A stretch of DNA of 40,559 bases from the NCBI GenBank assembly GCA_046582655.1, contig JAYGDX010000145.1, positions 1 through 40,559 of the forward strand, in the 5' to 3' direction. The DNA comes from Candidatus Poribacteria bacterium (GTDB lineage Bacteria > Poribacteria > WGA-4E > UBA9662). The notes under the pieces were generated by a model that was not told the origin of the DNA, ran no database searches, and saw only the letters and a program-made list of their open reading frames with translations. This document shows, piece after piece, positions 8,477 to 17,882 of the stretch. The position numbers and the translations under genes were made by a program. The stretch's first letter is position 1. Each line of letters starts with the position of its first letter.

Positions 8477-8481
8477 CATAA

Positions 8482-9399
8482 TCAACCGTCAGCTTGAACC
8501 AGTTTCAGCATGATTGCCTGCATGCTAGGCATTCGGTTCGCTGCTTGGTCAAAGACAATTGATCTTGGGTCCCTAATCATTTCTGTTGAGATCTCGTAAC
8601 CATGGTGCGCTGGCAAGCAATGCATTACCAAGACATCTTGATCTTTCAGCAAATCCTTGTTAATTTGGTAAGGTATAAATTGAGCAATACGCCGTTTTTT
8701 TTCCTCCTCATATGAGGGATCAAGAAAATACTCCATATCGATCCACGTATCGGTGTAAATGGCGTCACTGTTTTGCACGGCGTCCTGTAACTGATCAGAA
8801 ATTGCACAAGTTCCTGCTTGTATTGCTTGCGATAGCAAATCGGGGTCTTCCGCTGCCTGGTTTAATTCTGGAGTAACGACGGTAACTTGCATTCCCGTTT
8901 TCATCCCAGCCGAAATCAGTGAATTACAGATGTTATTGTGTACACCGACATACGTTAGCCTAACCCCTTCAAACCGACCGAATTGCTCCTTTATTGTCAT
9001 CAAGTCTCCAATTGCTTGTGTTGGATGGTAACGATCGCAACAACCATTAATTACTGGTACGGTAGCACCTTCCATTGCTTCGATCAACTCGTTGTGCAAC
9101 AAAAATCTAACCAGAATTAAGTCTGTATAAGACGACAAGACCTGCATTTCATCCCGCAAATCAGCCAGCGCAAAGTTGGTCGATCTCCAATCAAGATAGG
9201 CCGAGTTGCCACCAAGACGCATCATACCGATTTCCCCAGCACAACGTGTACGCGTCGATGTTTTTTGAAAAAGGAGAGTCAAAGTATGGTAATTCATGGA
9301 ATTCGTATAGTTTTCTGGTGCACTCTTAATTGCCATTGCACTATCAACGGTTTCTATGATATCGGACGTTGACCAGTCTTCGAGCTTGATCAAATCCAT
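8482..9399 (-). CDS. argF: Ornithine carbamoyltransferase-family enzyme (non-canonical DME variant)
   Basis: FQKTSTRT, HPTQ and HCLP motifs, final NR; the ornithine-binding loop is DTWIDME instead of DxxxSMG. Confidence 0.8.
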   Translation of the reverse strand: MDLIKLEDWSTSDIIETVDSAMAIKSAPENYTNSMNYHTLTLLFQKTSTRTRCAGEIGMMRLGGNSAYLDWRSTNFALADLRDEMQVLSSYTDLILVRFLLHNELIEAMEGATVPVINGCCDRYHPTQAIGDLMTIKEQFGRFEGVRLTYVGVHNNICNSLISAGMKTGMQVTVVTPELNQAAEDPDLLSQAIQAGTCAISDQLQDAVQNSDAIYTDTWIDMEYFLDPSYEEEKKRRIAQFIPYQINKDLLKDQDVLVMHCLPAHHGYEISTEMIRDPRSIVFDQAANRMPSMQAIMLKLVQADG

Positions 9400-9456
9400 C
9401 AGAACCTGCCTTTTAAACTATACAGAATTAACTTTTGGAAGCTTAAAGAAGCGCAA

Positions 9457-9485
9457 ATTGTACTTTGACAATGGCTTACTGTCAA
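9457..9485 (-). promoter_or_regulatory. Near-consensus sigma70 promoter of argF with an overlapping inverted repeat
   Basis: Minus strand TTGACA-17-TACAAT. On the plus strand TTGACA (9465-9470) and TGTCAA (9480-9485) form an inverted repeat. Confidence 0.7.
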
Positions 9486-9499
9486 GAAAAAACGAGGGT

Positions 9500-11577
9500 T
9501 AGGTTACCCTTGAACACTATATTCAATAAAATAGCCAATATTTCTTTCCATTTGCCTTCACCTAGATGGTACCTAGCCGATCTGTTCATAGGATCTTGCA
9601 ATGGCGCGATTCATATATTGCTTTAAAACCATATCGGCTGGCTAACTATACAAGTTCTGTTTCCCCAACTAAAAATATGGTGGCTTTGAGTTTAACCCTG
9701 TCTAGAAATTCAGCACTGCTAGATATTTGGCTTCCATCCACAAATGCTCCCTAGTTGTCGCGATAAGTGATTCGATTCCCACACCAATGTCTCCAGTAAA
9801 TGATATCTCGATGTTCCTCCGACGGATCATTATATCAGGAAATTACTATTCGCGTTCTTTTCTAATAAGTCAAACTGATTGTTGTCACAAGGTACGCATA
9901 ATTCCAACTAAACTTTTACCATGATTGTTATCTGGCTGGCTCAATAACAGAGGATTCAGCTTTCCAATACCTCTATTTTCAGAAAAGGACCGATAATTTA
10001 AAAAACTTAGGTACTTTTCGACCACCGTCAATTAGAGCTTTTTCTCCATTGGGAAAACGGGTAAAGGTTGCGTCACCACGCCCAAAAAAGTAACCTCCAA
10101 TAAGTTGGATCTATAACAAACGGCAAAATCCCATACTAGAATCGTGAATATTGTCAAGCCGATAGAATCTATCCTTACTGCCTATAGTCGATCGATCCCC
10201 TTCTGAGTTTGCCAGCATTAAAATAAGGATAATATAGACCAAGGTTGAGCCGATGCTCAGAGTGGATACTGGTATAATTACTTCCAGCAGTTTCCCAAAA
10301 AAATTAAGAGTTTCCAGGAAAATCCAGATAACGAAGACTTATAACTAGGCAAACTATTAGGGTGGCAAAAACGTTAACAATTAATAAAATTGGGGTGATC
10401 ATTCATAAGAATCGGCATGATCGCAATTTGCGCTGCGAACGAAACAGCAAGTGATAGCAGTATCCATCCGATTAAGCTTTTTCGGATAGAATCCGCCTCG
10501 GCCTGAGAGAACTCATATAAACCAACATTTTTTTCAGCTTGGGGTTAAAATAGATAATGGAGCAAGTAGCTACGAAAGATAGCTGGAATCCAAGGTCCCA
10601 GAGTTGCGCTGATTTCGCTAGAAGTATTATCAGGGCAGCAACTACCAGTATATTTTTATCAGATCGGTGCCACAATCGGTAATCTTGGCCATTAAGAATT
10701 AGGGCAGCCATCAATTTTGTTCGAATTACAGAAGGACGAAATCCTACTAAACACATATATCTGATCAGGATTGCATGTCTGTAGTATAGGCTGGATACAA
10801 CCGCCAACTGTAAGAGTATAAGGAAACAGGCAAATCTGATGAGACCAACGTGCAAGCCAGAAACGGCAACATGTAAAATACCGCTGTTATCAAAGTACAT
10901 CAAAAAATGATTCGGGAGTGTACTTCTTTGAGCAAGTAACATGGCTATCAGCACAGCACTATTAAATCTGGCATTCCGCTGTAAGCTTGATCTATGACAG
11001 TTTCCGTTTGTTGACGTAATTGCTCAGTCCAACGTGAAAAGATAAGTTTAGACTGTGGTGTTAAACGGATTTCGATATCCTCCTGTGGATGTAAAATCCC
11101 AAATATATTACGTCGCACAAGAAAGGATTGATAGTTAAACCCATCTGTATTTCTTTGCTCGTCCGGTGTGCGTAATCCAAAAAGCATATTAATTTGGTTT
11201 CTTTAGCGCAATGAAATGTAGTCACGAAACTGAATAAAAATTTTTGCTTCTACCTATTGTCCGGATTGGAGCAGAATCGGAGTACCCCAACTGTACTGTG
11301 CTGTTTTATTCGAGTTGATATAACATCCGTACGGAAAAATGTGCCAATCAATTGTAAAAATTGGCTGGAAGCGATGATACCAAGTTCATTCTGAGTATCA
11401 ACATACAGCTGAAGGAAATGGCGAGGTCTGACATTCTGTAGTTAGCCTGAAATCCTGCTGCCAATCAATGTGACTACGACGGCCAGCCGAATTAATCCGA
11501 CAGGAATTAGCAGAATTTCAGCCATAAAAATTCCGATCATTCTACGGAACCAGCGTCAAAAGTGCTTGACGTGGTAT
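9500..11577 (-). pseudogene. comEC: Degraded DNA internalization competence protein ComEC/Rec2
   Basis: Collinear fragments: IPRQALLTLVP*..MIGIFMAE (N-terminus), RN..GFNY (11187-10948 ORF), SGILHVAVSGLHVG / PSVIR / DLGFQLSF (10954-10472 ORF), RGDATFTRFPNGEKALIDGG (10080-10021), decayed MBL motif SQPDNNHG, and *TDRLGTI* near 9560-9590. Many stops and frameshifts. Confidence 0.9.
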
Positions 11578-11653
11578 AATTTTTCTTTGATTATAGATTT
11601 TCTCCAAACTTAACATATTAACAGTTTTATAAATGTTGACATAATTTCCCAGG

Positions 11654-12730
11654 ATGCCGTTACAGAAAAACATTCTGAAAGCTCTGACAATATCAATTGG
11701 CACTCACCTGATCATTATTCTACTGTTAGTCCAATTGATACAGACACAAAAATCGTTCACGATCAGTGAGCAATCCAAAATTCTGGTTAGTCTCCAGTAT
11801 CTCCCCAGAGAACTGCGAATCACCCCTAGGAAACGTGTGAGAGTCCGTCCCCCTATTTTACCTGATCTACGAAGAAGCATTGCGGCAGAAACACGATTTT
11901 CAACCGAGAGAGAAGATACTATTGAACAACCCAAAATTTCGCCAATTATGGTAAAGTCGGTCAAAATAAATCAATTCCTTGCTGACTTGAATGCTAGTGA
12001 TGTTTCGATAACTGACGGTTTAGACTCTATCATAAAACTCAATAGGGGTTTTCCACCTAAATCAGGTTATAGTAGATCAACTGATGATTTAATCAAAGAT
12101 CAACAGCCTTTTTTTCGAAGTAAAAATACATTCGTTACAAAAAAATTACTACCGGGAGTAAAAAGTATCAATCTGTTTTCAACAAACACTTCGCTTGTCA
12201 AAATTGCGCGCAATATTGTTTCACACTCAAAAAACATTGTCGATATCGTTTTTCTAATCGATGGTAGCCGAAGTATGCGGAACGATATCGAATCGGTGAG
12301 GAATCATCTCCAAAGTATGATAGATGTACTTAACCTAGAAAACATGGATTTTACAATTGGTGTGGTTATCTTTCGTCATCATCGTGGTTATGGTCTACTA
12401 GGCTGGGATTTCGAGGTAACCCAACAAACCAAATCGATAGGTCAAATAACAAAAGTTTTCGACAAAGTTAGGTGTATCGGTGGGGAGAAAGCGATAGACT
12501 CAATATACCGGGCAACAGAGGAAGTAAAATTCAGGGAGGATGCGGAGAGGCGTTTTATCCTAGTTACTGATGAGTATCTGGCAGGGAATTATAGACCGGC
12601 AAAGGTACTGGAAAAACTTAAGTCCAAACAAATTAGCCTCAGCATCATCGGTCGAAGAGAACAGGCACAAAAGTTCCTAGCGCATCAAACTTCTGGCATT
12701 TGGTTGCCAATTGACAGCCTGAAATTTTAG
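11654..12730 (+). CDS. Membrane-anchored von Willebrand factor A (VWA) domain protein
   Basis: N-terminal TM (SIGTHLIIILLL), low-complexity linker, VDIVFLIDGSRSM MIDAS motif, FILVTDE. Confidence 0.85.
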   Translation: MPLQKNILKALTISIGTHLIIILLLVQLIQTQKSFTISEQSKILVSLQYLPRELRITPRKRVRVRPPILPDLRRSIAAETRFSTEREDTIEQPKISPIMVKSVKINQFLADLNASDVSITDGLDSIIKLNRGFPPKSGYSRSTDDLIKDQQPFFRSKNTFVTKKLLPGVKSINLFSTNTSLVKIARNIVSHSKNIVDIVFLIDGSRSMRNDIESVRNHLQSMIDVLNLENMDFTIGVVIFRHHRGYGLLGWDFEVTQQTKSIGQITKVFDKVRCIGGEKAIDSIYRATEEVKFREDAERRFILVTDEYLAGNYRPAKVLEKLKSKQISLSIIGRREQAQKFLAHQTSGIWLPIDSLKF

Positions 12731-12775
12731 TATGCTTAAACAAACCTCGAACTTCTAAAGATTAAGGGAAATTAC

Positions 12776-13018
12776 CTAACCATCCCCCTGTGCAAACTTT
12801 ACATCAGGACCACGTGACTCAACTTTGATTAACGGGTCCTCGTTCTGGGCTTCCACAGATATGACCGAATGTACCTCCGCGTTTCCCATTCGTGGAGCGA
12901 GCTTTCCTTTTTTAAATACAAATTTCAGAAATTCTGCCGCTGGAATTTCCTTACCAGTGACGTCGCATGGAATTGCTTCACCAGCTCTTACTTTCTCTAA
13001 TAATTCTTTTGCTTTCAA
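12776..13018 (-). CDS. Small hypothetical protein (80 aa), zinc-ribbon-like
   Basis: TTG start overlaps the iolD stop (TTGA) with a purine-rich RBS upstream; protein-like composition with IPCDVTGKEI. Confidence 0.65.
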   Translation of the reverse strand: MKAKELLEKVRAGEAIPCDVTGKEIPAAEFLKFVFKKGKLAPRMGNAEVHSVISVEAQNEDPLIKVESRGPDVKFAQGDG

Positions 13019-14895
13019 TTTTTATCTTCCAAAAAATAGCGTTCGTTCTGTTTAGCGATCTGGTATTCCTCGTACGCCTGCTGAGCTGTGTCTATCTCAG
13101 AAACCTCTGCGATAGGGACATCCCACCATGATTCGTAGCCTGGAACTCGCGGCTCAAAATCAACATCAATTTTAATAACAGTTGTCCGGTCAGCTGATTT
13201 TGCTTTGTCGAGCGCAACTCTTAGATCTATAATTGAATCAACTTCGATAGCGTTCGCACCCAGACTGGCAGCATTGGCAGTTAAATCAACTGGCAACTTT
13301 CCTCCGTCAAGTTGACCAGTTTCATCTTGACGAAAAAGAAAACGTGTACCATAGCCCTGTGCTCCCGTCGCATTGGAAAGGCCATTGATTGACGCGTGGC
13401 CGTCATTGTTGACCAGAATAATGGTCAATTTATAGCCTTCTTGAATCGAAGTCACAATTTCTTGAGCCATCATCAAATACGATCCATCGCCTACCATAAC
13501 AAACACTTCACGACTGGGATCTGCCATTTTCACTCCTAATCCACCAGCAATTTCGTATCCCATACAGGAATAACCATATTCTAAATGGAACCCCTTTGCG
13601 TTACGTGTTCGCCAGAGCTTATGAAGATCCCCAGGCATGCTGCCAGCTGCACAGACCATAATATCCTGCGGGTCAGAAAAAGTATTGATGGCACCAATCA
13701 CTTCGCCCTGACTCGGCATTGGTTGATTATTAGAATGATGGGTTCTATCAACTTCTAACTCCCAGTCTTGCCGATATCTAATTATCTCTTGCGCATAAGC
13801 TTGATCTACAGAGTAATCCTGTAATACTTCCGCCAACTCTTCTATAGTGACCTTGGCGTCAGCTACAATGGGTAATGCAGCATGTTTAGCGGCATCAAAT
13901 TCCGCCACATTGATGTTAATAAACCTTACTTCCGGATTTTGGAAGGCGGTTTTTGAAGCGGTGGTAAAGTCACTCAAGCGAGATCCAATAACGATAATAA
14001 GATCCGCTTCGCGGGCAACAATATTAGCACCGGGAGTTCCCGTTACTCCGATTGCTCCCAAGCACTGCGGGTGATCATAGACAAGAGATCCTTTTCCAGC
14101 AAAGGTTTCAACAACCGGAATTCCAGTTTGTTTTGCAAAACTCGCTAGTTGTCCCGTTGCTTCAGCGTAAATGACGCCACCTCCAGCGACAATCAACGGC
14201 TTTTTGCTTGAGCGGATTGATGCTACTGCTCGATGAAGTAAGTTCCGGTCTGCTAACGGACGCGCGATTCTGTAGATCCGCTTCTCGAACAATTCGACGG
14301 GATAATCAAACGCTTCTGCCTGCACATCCTGTGGCATGGCTAGAGTTACCGTTCCTGTTTCCGATTGAGAAGTTAAGACACGCATGGCTTCCGGAAGGGC
14401 AGTGATAATTTGCTCCGGTCTGTTAATTCTATCCCAATATTTTGAGATTGGTTTAAAGCAGTCATTGACAGAAATATCCTGAGATCCAGGTGATTCAAGT
14501 TGTTGTAGAACTGGTGCGACAAGCCTCGTTGAAAAAATATCTCCCGGCAGCAATAGAACGGGAATTCTGTTAATTGTTGCTCCTGCTGCTGCCGTCACCA
14601 TATTGGTGGCACCGGGACCAATTGAAGTTGAGCAAGCCAATGTTCGAAGACGATTATTCATTTTAGCAAAAGCAGCTGCCGTATGAACCATTGCCTGTTC
14701 ATTTCGGGTTTGATAAAACCGAAATGAATCAGAGTATTGGTGTAAAGCTTGGCCGATTCCAGCAACGTTTCCGTGCCCAAAAACACCAAACATTCCGGCA
14801 AAAAACTGGTGTTCTATTCCATCACGCTCGACATACTGATTTTTTAGGAATTCGACAGTTGCCTGTCCCATTGTCAACTTGCGAGTCTTCATCAA
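13015..14895 (-). CDS. iolD: 3D-(3,5/4)-trihydroxycyclohexane-1,2-dione acylhydrolase (decyclizing)
   Basis: FGHGNVAGIGQAL, NEQAMVH, SIGPGATNM, PVLQQLE, PGDLHKLW, HLEYGYSCMGYE, TPP motif GDGSYLM, SWWDVP. The true start may be ATG 14892. Confidence 0.96.
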   Translation of the reverse strand: MMKTRKLTMGQATVEFLKNQYVERDGIEHQFFAGMFGVFGHGNVAGIGQALHQYSDSFRFYQTRNEQAMVHTAAAFAKMNNRLRTLACSTSIGPGATNMVTAAAGATINRIPVLLLPGDIFSTRLVAPVLQQLESPGSQDISVNDCFKPISKYWDRINRPEQIITALPEAMRVLTSQSETGTVTLAMPQDVQAEAFDYPVELFEKRIYRIARPLADRNLLHRAVASIRSSKKPLIVAGGGVIYAEATGQLASFAKQTGIPVVETFAGKGSLVYDHPQCLGAIGVTGTPGANIVAREADLIIVIGSRLSDFTTASKTAFQNPEVRFININVAEFDAAKHAALPIVADAKVTIEELAEVLQDYSVDQAYAQEIIRYRQDWELEVDRTHHSNNQPMPSQGEVIGAINTFSDPQDIMVCAAGSMPGDLHKLWRTRNAKGFHLEYGYSCMGYEIAGGLGVKMADPSREVFVMVGDGSYLMMAQEIVTSIQEGYKLTIILVNNDGHASINGLSNATGAQGYGTRFLFRQDETGQLDGGKLPVDLTANAASLGANAIEVDSIIDLRVALDKAKSADRTTVIKIDVDFEPRVPGYESWWDVPIAEVSEIDTAQQAYEEYQIAKQNERYFLEDKN

Positions 14896-15704
14896 GATAC
14901 CTCCTGAAATGCATTTTTGAATTTCTGGTTCACTTCTGCAAATCTACAAGTAACTAAAAAAGCGTCATTCCCACAAGCGAACATTTGAACACCATCATGA
15001 ATCCAATGTTCTCCTGTTTCAAAATCGTTGACGTAACTACCCATCACAGTTCCATTCTTTTTTGCTTTGTTAATTACTTTTTTGCTTGCGTCAACTACGG
15101 ATTTCCCATTAAGGTCGCCCGAAACACCAAGAGATGTAGAGAGATCATAAAGGCCAAGAAATATAACATCAAGACCACCAATAGCCAGAATGTTATCGAT
15201 ATTTTCAATCCCTTTTACTGTTTCAATTTGACCGATGATAATCAGATCCTCATTAGCTTCTGCCAAATATTTCGCCTCATCAAGTTGTCGGAAGTCGCCA
15301 TAGTTGGTATGACCAATACCAAAAGCAACGCCCCGATCACCTTCAGGACTATACTTGGCAAAACGGACAATTTGTTCCACATCGTCCGAGGATTCGACTC
15401 TAGGGATCATTAGGCCGGAAGCACCTGCATCAAGCACGCGGGAAATAAAATGCCGCTCAATAGATGGCACCCGCACAATGGATGGTAGATCTGAACCGCG
15501 GGCTGCCCGAATAATTTGACCAACTGTTTGCATGGTAAATGTTGTGTGTTCCATGTCAATAATGATAAAGTCCGCGCCAGCACTTGCTAAGATCGTTGCA
15601 ATTTGTGGCACTGCAAACTCCATTACAAATGTGCCAACAGCAACGTCACCGTGAGAAAGTAAAGATTTAAGATTATTATGACTGGGTTTGACATTTGGAT
15701 TCAA
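14892..15704 (-). CDS. HpcH/HpaI (GarL/RhmA-like) class II pyruvate aldolase
   Basis: IDMEH, IVRVP, RVLDAGA.G.MIP, P.GDRG, QIET and FLGLYDLS motifs. Confidence 0.9.
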   Translation of the reverse strand: MNPNVKPSHNNLKSLLSHGDVAVGTFVMEFAVPQIATILASAGADFIIIDMEHTTFTMQTVGQIIRAARGSDLPSIVRVPSIERHFISRVLDAGASGLMIPRVESSDDVEQIVRFAKYSPEGDRGVAFGIGHTNYGDFRQLDEAKYLAEANEDLIIIGQIETVKGIENIDNILAIGGLDVIFLGLYDLSTSLGVSGDLNGKSVVDASKKVINKAKKNGTVMGSYVNDFETGEHWIHDGVQMFACGNDAFLVTCRFAEVNQKFKNAFQEVS

Positions 15705-15724
15705 TTAATTAACCTCATGCAAGT

Positions 15725-17755
15725 TTATTGTGAAACTTCCCTTTCAAGTTTCTCCTCACTAAATTCTTTGGTGATTTCTTCCATCAAATGTTTTGCTGCT
15801 GTAACAGCATTTGATGGACGGATTAGGTTGCTTGAAATTCCAACTACTTTTTCACAATGGGCGTAAGCTCTGCGAAAATGTTTCACAGAAAATTCATTTT
15901 CTGCTGCATTGAAATAACAAGTCGCGGCACCTTCCCAGCTTTCTTGGGACGGTTGTAATCTTTCGGCGAATCCATAGTTTTCCGCTGAGTATTGAAAAAG
16001 TTTAGCCGCATCATCCCAAATCTGTTTCATTCTACGATCAGTAGCAGCTTGAGCATAATGCCATCCAGCATCTTCAGCATTTCGTCGGGCTTCTTTATCC
16101 CGATTTGCCGCTTGGTAGGCAAGCCATGATCTTTTGTAAAAATCAGCGGCAATTTGAGATTTTGCATTTTTTGAGAACTCTTGAGCTTGTCCTCGGTAGA
16201 AGTGGCCTAACTCTCGATATTCCTTACGGGCTTTCCATTCTTTTCCACTTTTAGCATATCGGAGCGCGTTCTGCAGCATTTCAAACGCATTAACTTCATG
16301 CATGCTTTCAAGTCTCTGATGTAGGTTATAAAGAACTACCTCTGGTTTGTTCGATGCTTCAACTTGACCAATTGATGTTGGATATCTATCTCCTTTTGTT
16401 TTCCTATTTGGCTCAGGCATATCTCTCAAGGGTTCCGGACGACTCACTTTATCATCCTCCGGCGCGTCCTGACTTGGATATTGGTTATTTAACCATTGTC
16501 TTAGTTTATGGATATCCTCTGGTGAAAATTCAGCAATCTTTTCAGTTAAATTCTCAAACTTTGATGGGATACAACTTGATGAAAAAGCGTCCAACAGATC
16601 GCCAAAAATTCGGTCTGAAACTCTTACCTCATCGGCATTGGAAAGATAGAGACGATGGATTTGTTGGACTTCCCTAATTGTCTCCTGTGGTCGTGACAAT
16701 TCAATATTTTCGATGGCAAGTTGATGGTGAGTTTCCACGCTCGATTTCAATTTCTGCTGTTCTTTCTCTTTTTCTCGCTGACGGTTTTCATTAATTATCT
16801 GCAACTCGATCTTTTCTGCGACTTCGGGTAACATTCTGAGATTATCACGGTGCTGATTCAGTGTTTTATGTTTACCTAATTTATGTTCTATGGTTATCAT
16901 CTTGGATGCTAGATCTGCGTACATTGACTCCCGAATTGCATCTAGGTCCTGATATATCTCTTCGGCTGTCTGGTAACGATTATCTGGATGAGGTTGTAGA
17001 GCTTTGTGCAAAAATTGGCAGAAATCTTGTCTAAGCCCTTGAGGGAAATCAAATTTCCCTTCTTCTTTTTTAACTTTGACTTTATCTATGTCGGTAGCTA
17101 GGAAGGGATATCTACCAGTAAGCATCTCATAAATAATCACGCCAGTTGAATAAAGGTCCACCCGCGTATCATAATTCCCTCCATGCTGTTCAGGTGCCAT
17201 ATACTTGCGTGTACCAGTGACGGTACCTGTATACTGGCTTGCCTCCTCTAAAATCCGTGCCACCCCAAAATCAGTGATTTTGGCTGTTTGATCGCTGGTA
17301 ATCATGATGTTCTGCGGTTTGATGTCTCGATGAATAATACTATGCTTGTGTGCAAACATCAATCCACGGCAAACATCTAGGGCAACCGTTACTGCTCTGA
17401 ATTGGGGAAGTGGATCATTACTGAGAATATGACTTAAGTTATCTCCATCAACATACTCCATCACAATGTAGGCGAAGCATTCATCATCTCCGGGTTCGAC
17501 TGTATGAATAGCAACAATATTGGGATGCCCCCACGTCATGCCCATTGTCTGCATTTCGGTAAGAAGATAACGTTGACGGTTCTGAGGATATGACGCTTTA
17601 GGAATCATCTTGATGGCGACACTTCGGCCAACAAATTCTTCCGTTGCTTGAAAAACAGGAGCGAACCCACCTTTATTAATGAGCCGCTCAATTTTATATT
17701 TTCCCTGAAGTTTTTCGTTAAATTTCATACGCTCGTTGGGGTTTTCAATTGCCAT
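15725..17755 (-). CDS. Cytoplasmic Hanks-type Ser/Thr protein kinase with C-terminal helical-repeat (TPR/alpha-SNAP-like) region
   Basis: GGFAPV, VAIK, HRDIKPQN, DFG, YMAPE and DLYSTG motifs; no TM; C-terminal AADFY/AGWHY/AAKLF/AATCY repeats. Confidence 0.92.
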   Translation of the reverse strand: MAIENPNERMKFNEKLQGKYKIERLINKGGFAPVFQATEEFVGRSVAIKMIPKASYPQNRQRYLLTEMQTMGMTWGHPNIVAIHTVEPGDDECFAYIVMEYVDGDNLSHILSNDPLPQFRAVTVALDVCRGLMFAHKHSIIHRDIKPQNIMITSDQTAKITDFGVARILEEASQYTGTVTGTRKYMAPEQHGGNYDTRVDLYSTGVIIYEMLTGRYPFLATDIDKVKVKKEEGKFDFPQGLRQDFCQFLHKALQPHPDNRYQTAEEIYQDLDAIRESMYADLASKMITIEHKLGKHKTLNQHRDNLRMLPEVAEKIELQIINENRQREKEKEQQKLKSSVETHHQLAIENIELSRPQETIREVQQIHRLYLSNADEVRVSDRIFGDLLDAFSSSCIPSKFENLTEKIAEFSPEDIHKLRQWLNNQYPSQDAPEDDKVSRPEPLRDMPEPNRKTKGDRYPTSIGQVEASNKPEVVLYNLHQRLESMHEVNAFEMLQNALRYAKSGKEWKARKEYRELGHFYRGQAQEFSKNAKSQIAADFYKRSWLAYQAANRDKEARRNAEDAGWHYAQAATDRRMKQIWDDAAKLFQYSAENYGFAERLQPSQESWEGAATCYFNAAENEFSVKHFRRAYAHCEKVVGISSNLIRPSNAVTAAKHLMEEITKEFSEEKLEREVSQ

Positions 17756-17785
17756 CTTAATACGGGAACCCGCGTCAACTCTGAA

Positions 17786-17815
17786 ATCCTAGCACAAAAT
17801 GACAAATTGTGTCAA
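17786..17815 (-). promoter_or_regulatory. Putative sigma70 promoter of the kinase-aldolase-iolD operon
   Basis: Minus strand TTGACA-18-TAGGAT with TG extended -10; a TGACA-N5-TGTCA inverted repeat overlaps the -35. Confidence 0.55.
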
Positions 17816-17882
17816 CTCCTGTACTCCCTTTTTTTCGTTATACTTGGGGATAATACTTTAGAACCACAAAATATGATGATTA

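Noticed and set aside
9566..9924. Plus-strand ORFs 9566-9754 and 9727-9924
   Set aside because: Antisense to the comEC remnant; no independent coding evidence.
10472..11187. ORFs of 160 aa and 79 aa as independent genes, a split ComEC or a recoded gene
   Set aside because: They are fragments of one pseudogene. All three stop types and frameshifts occur, and conserved residues are eroded, which argues against recoding.
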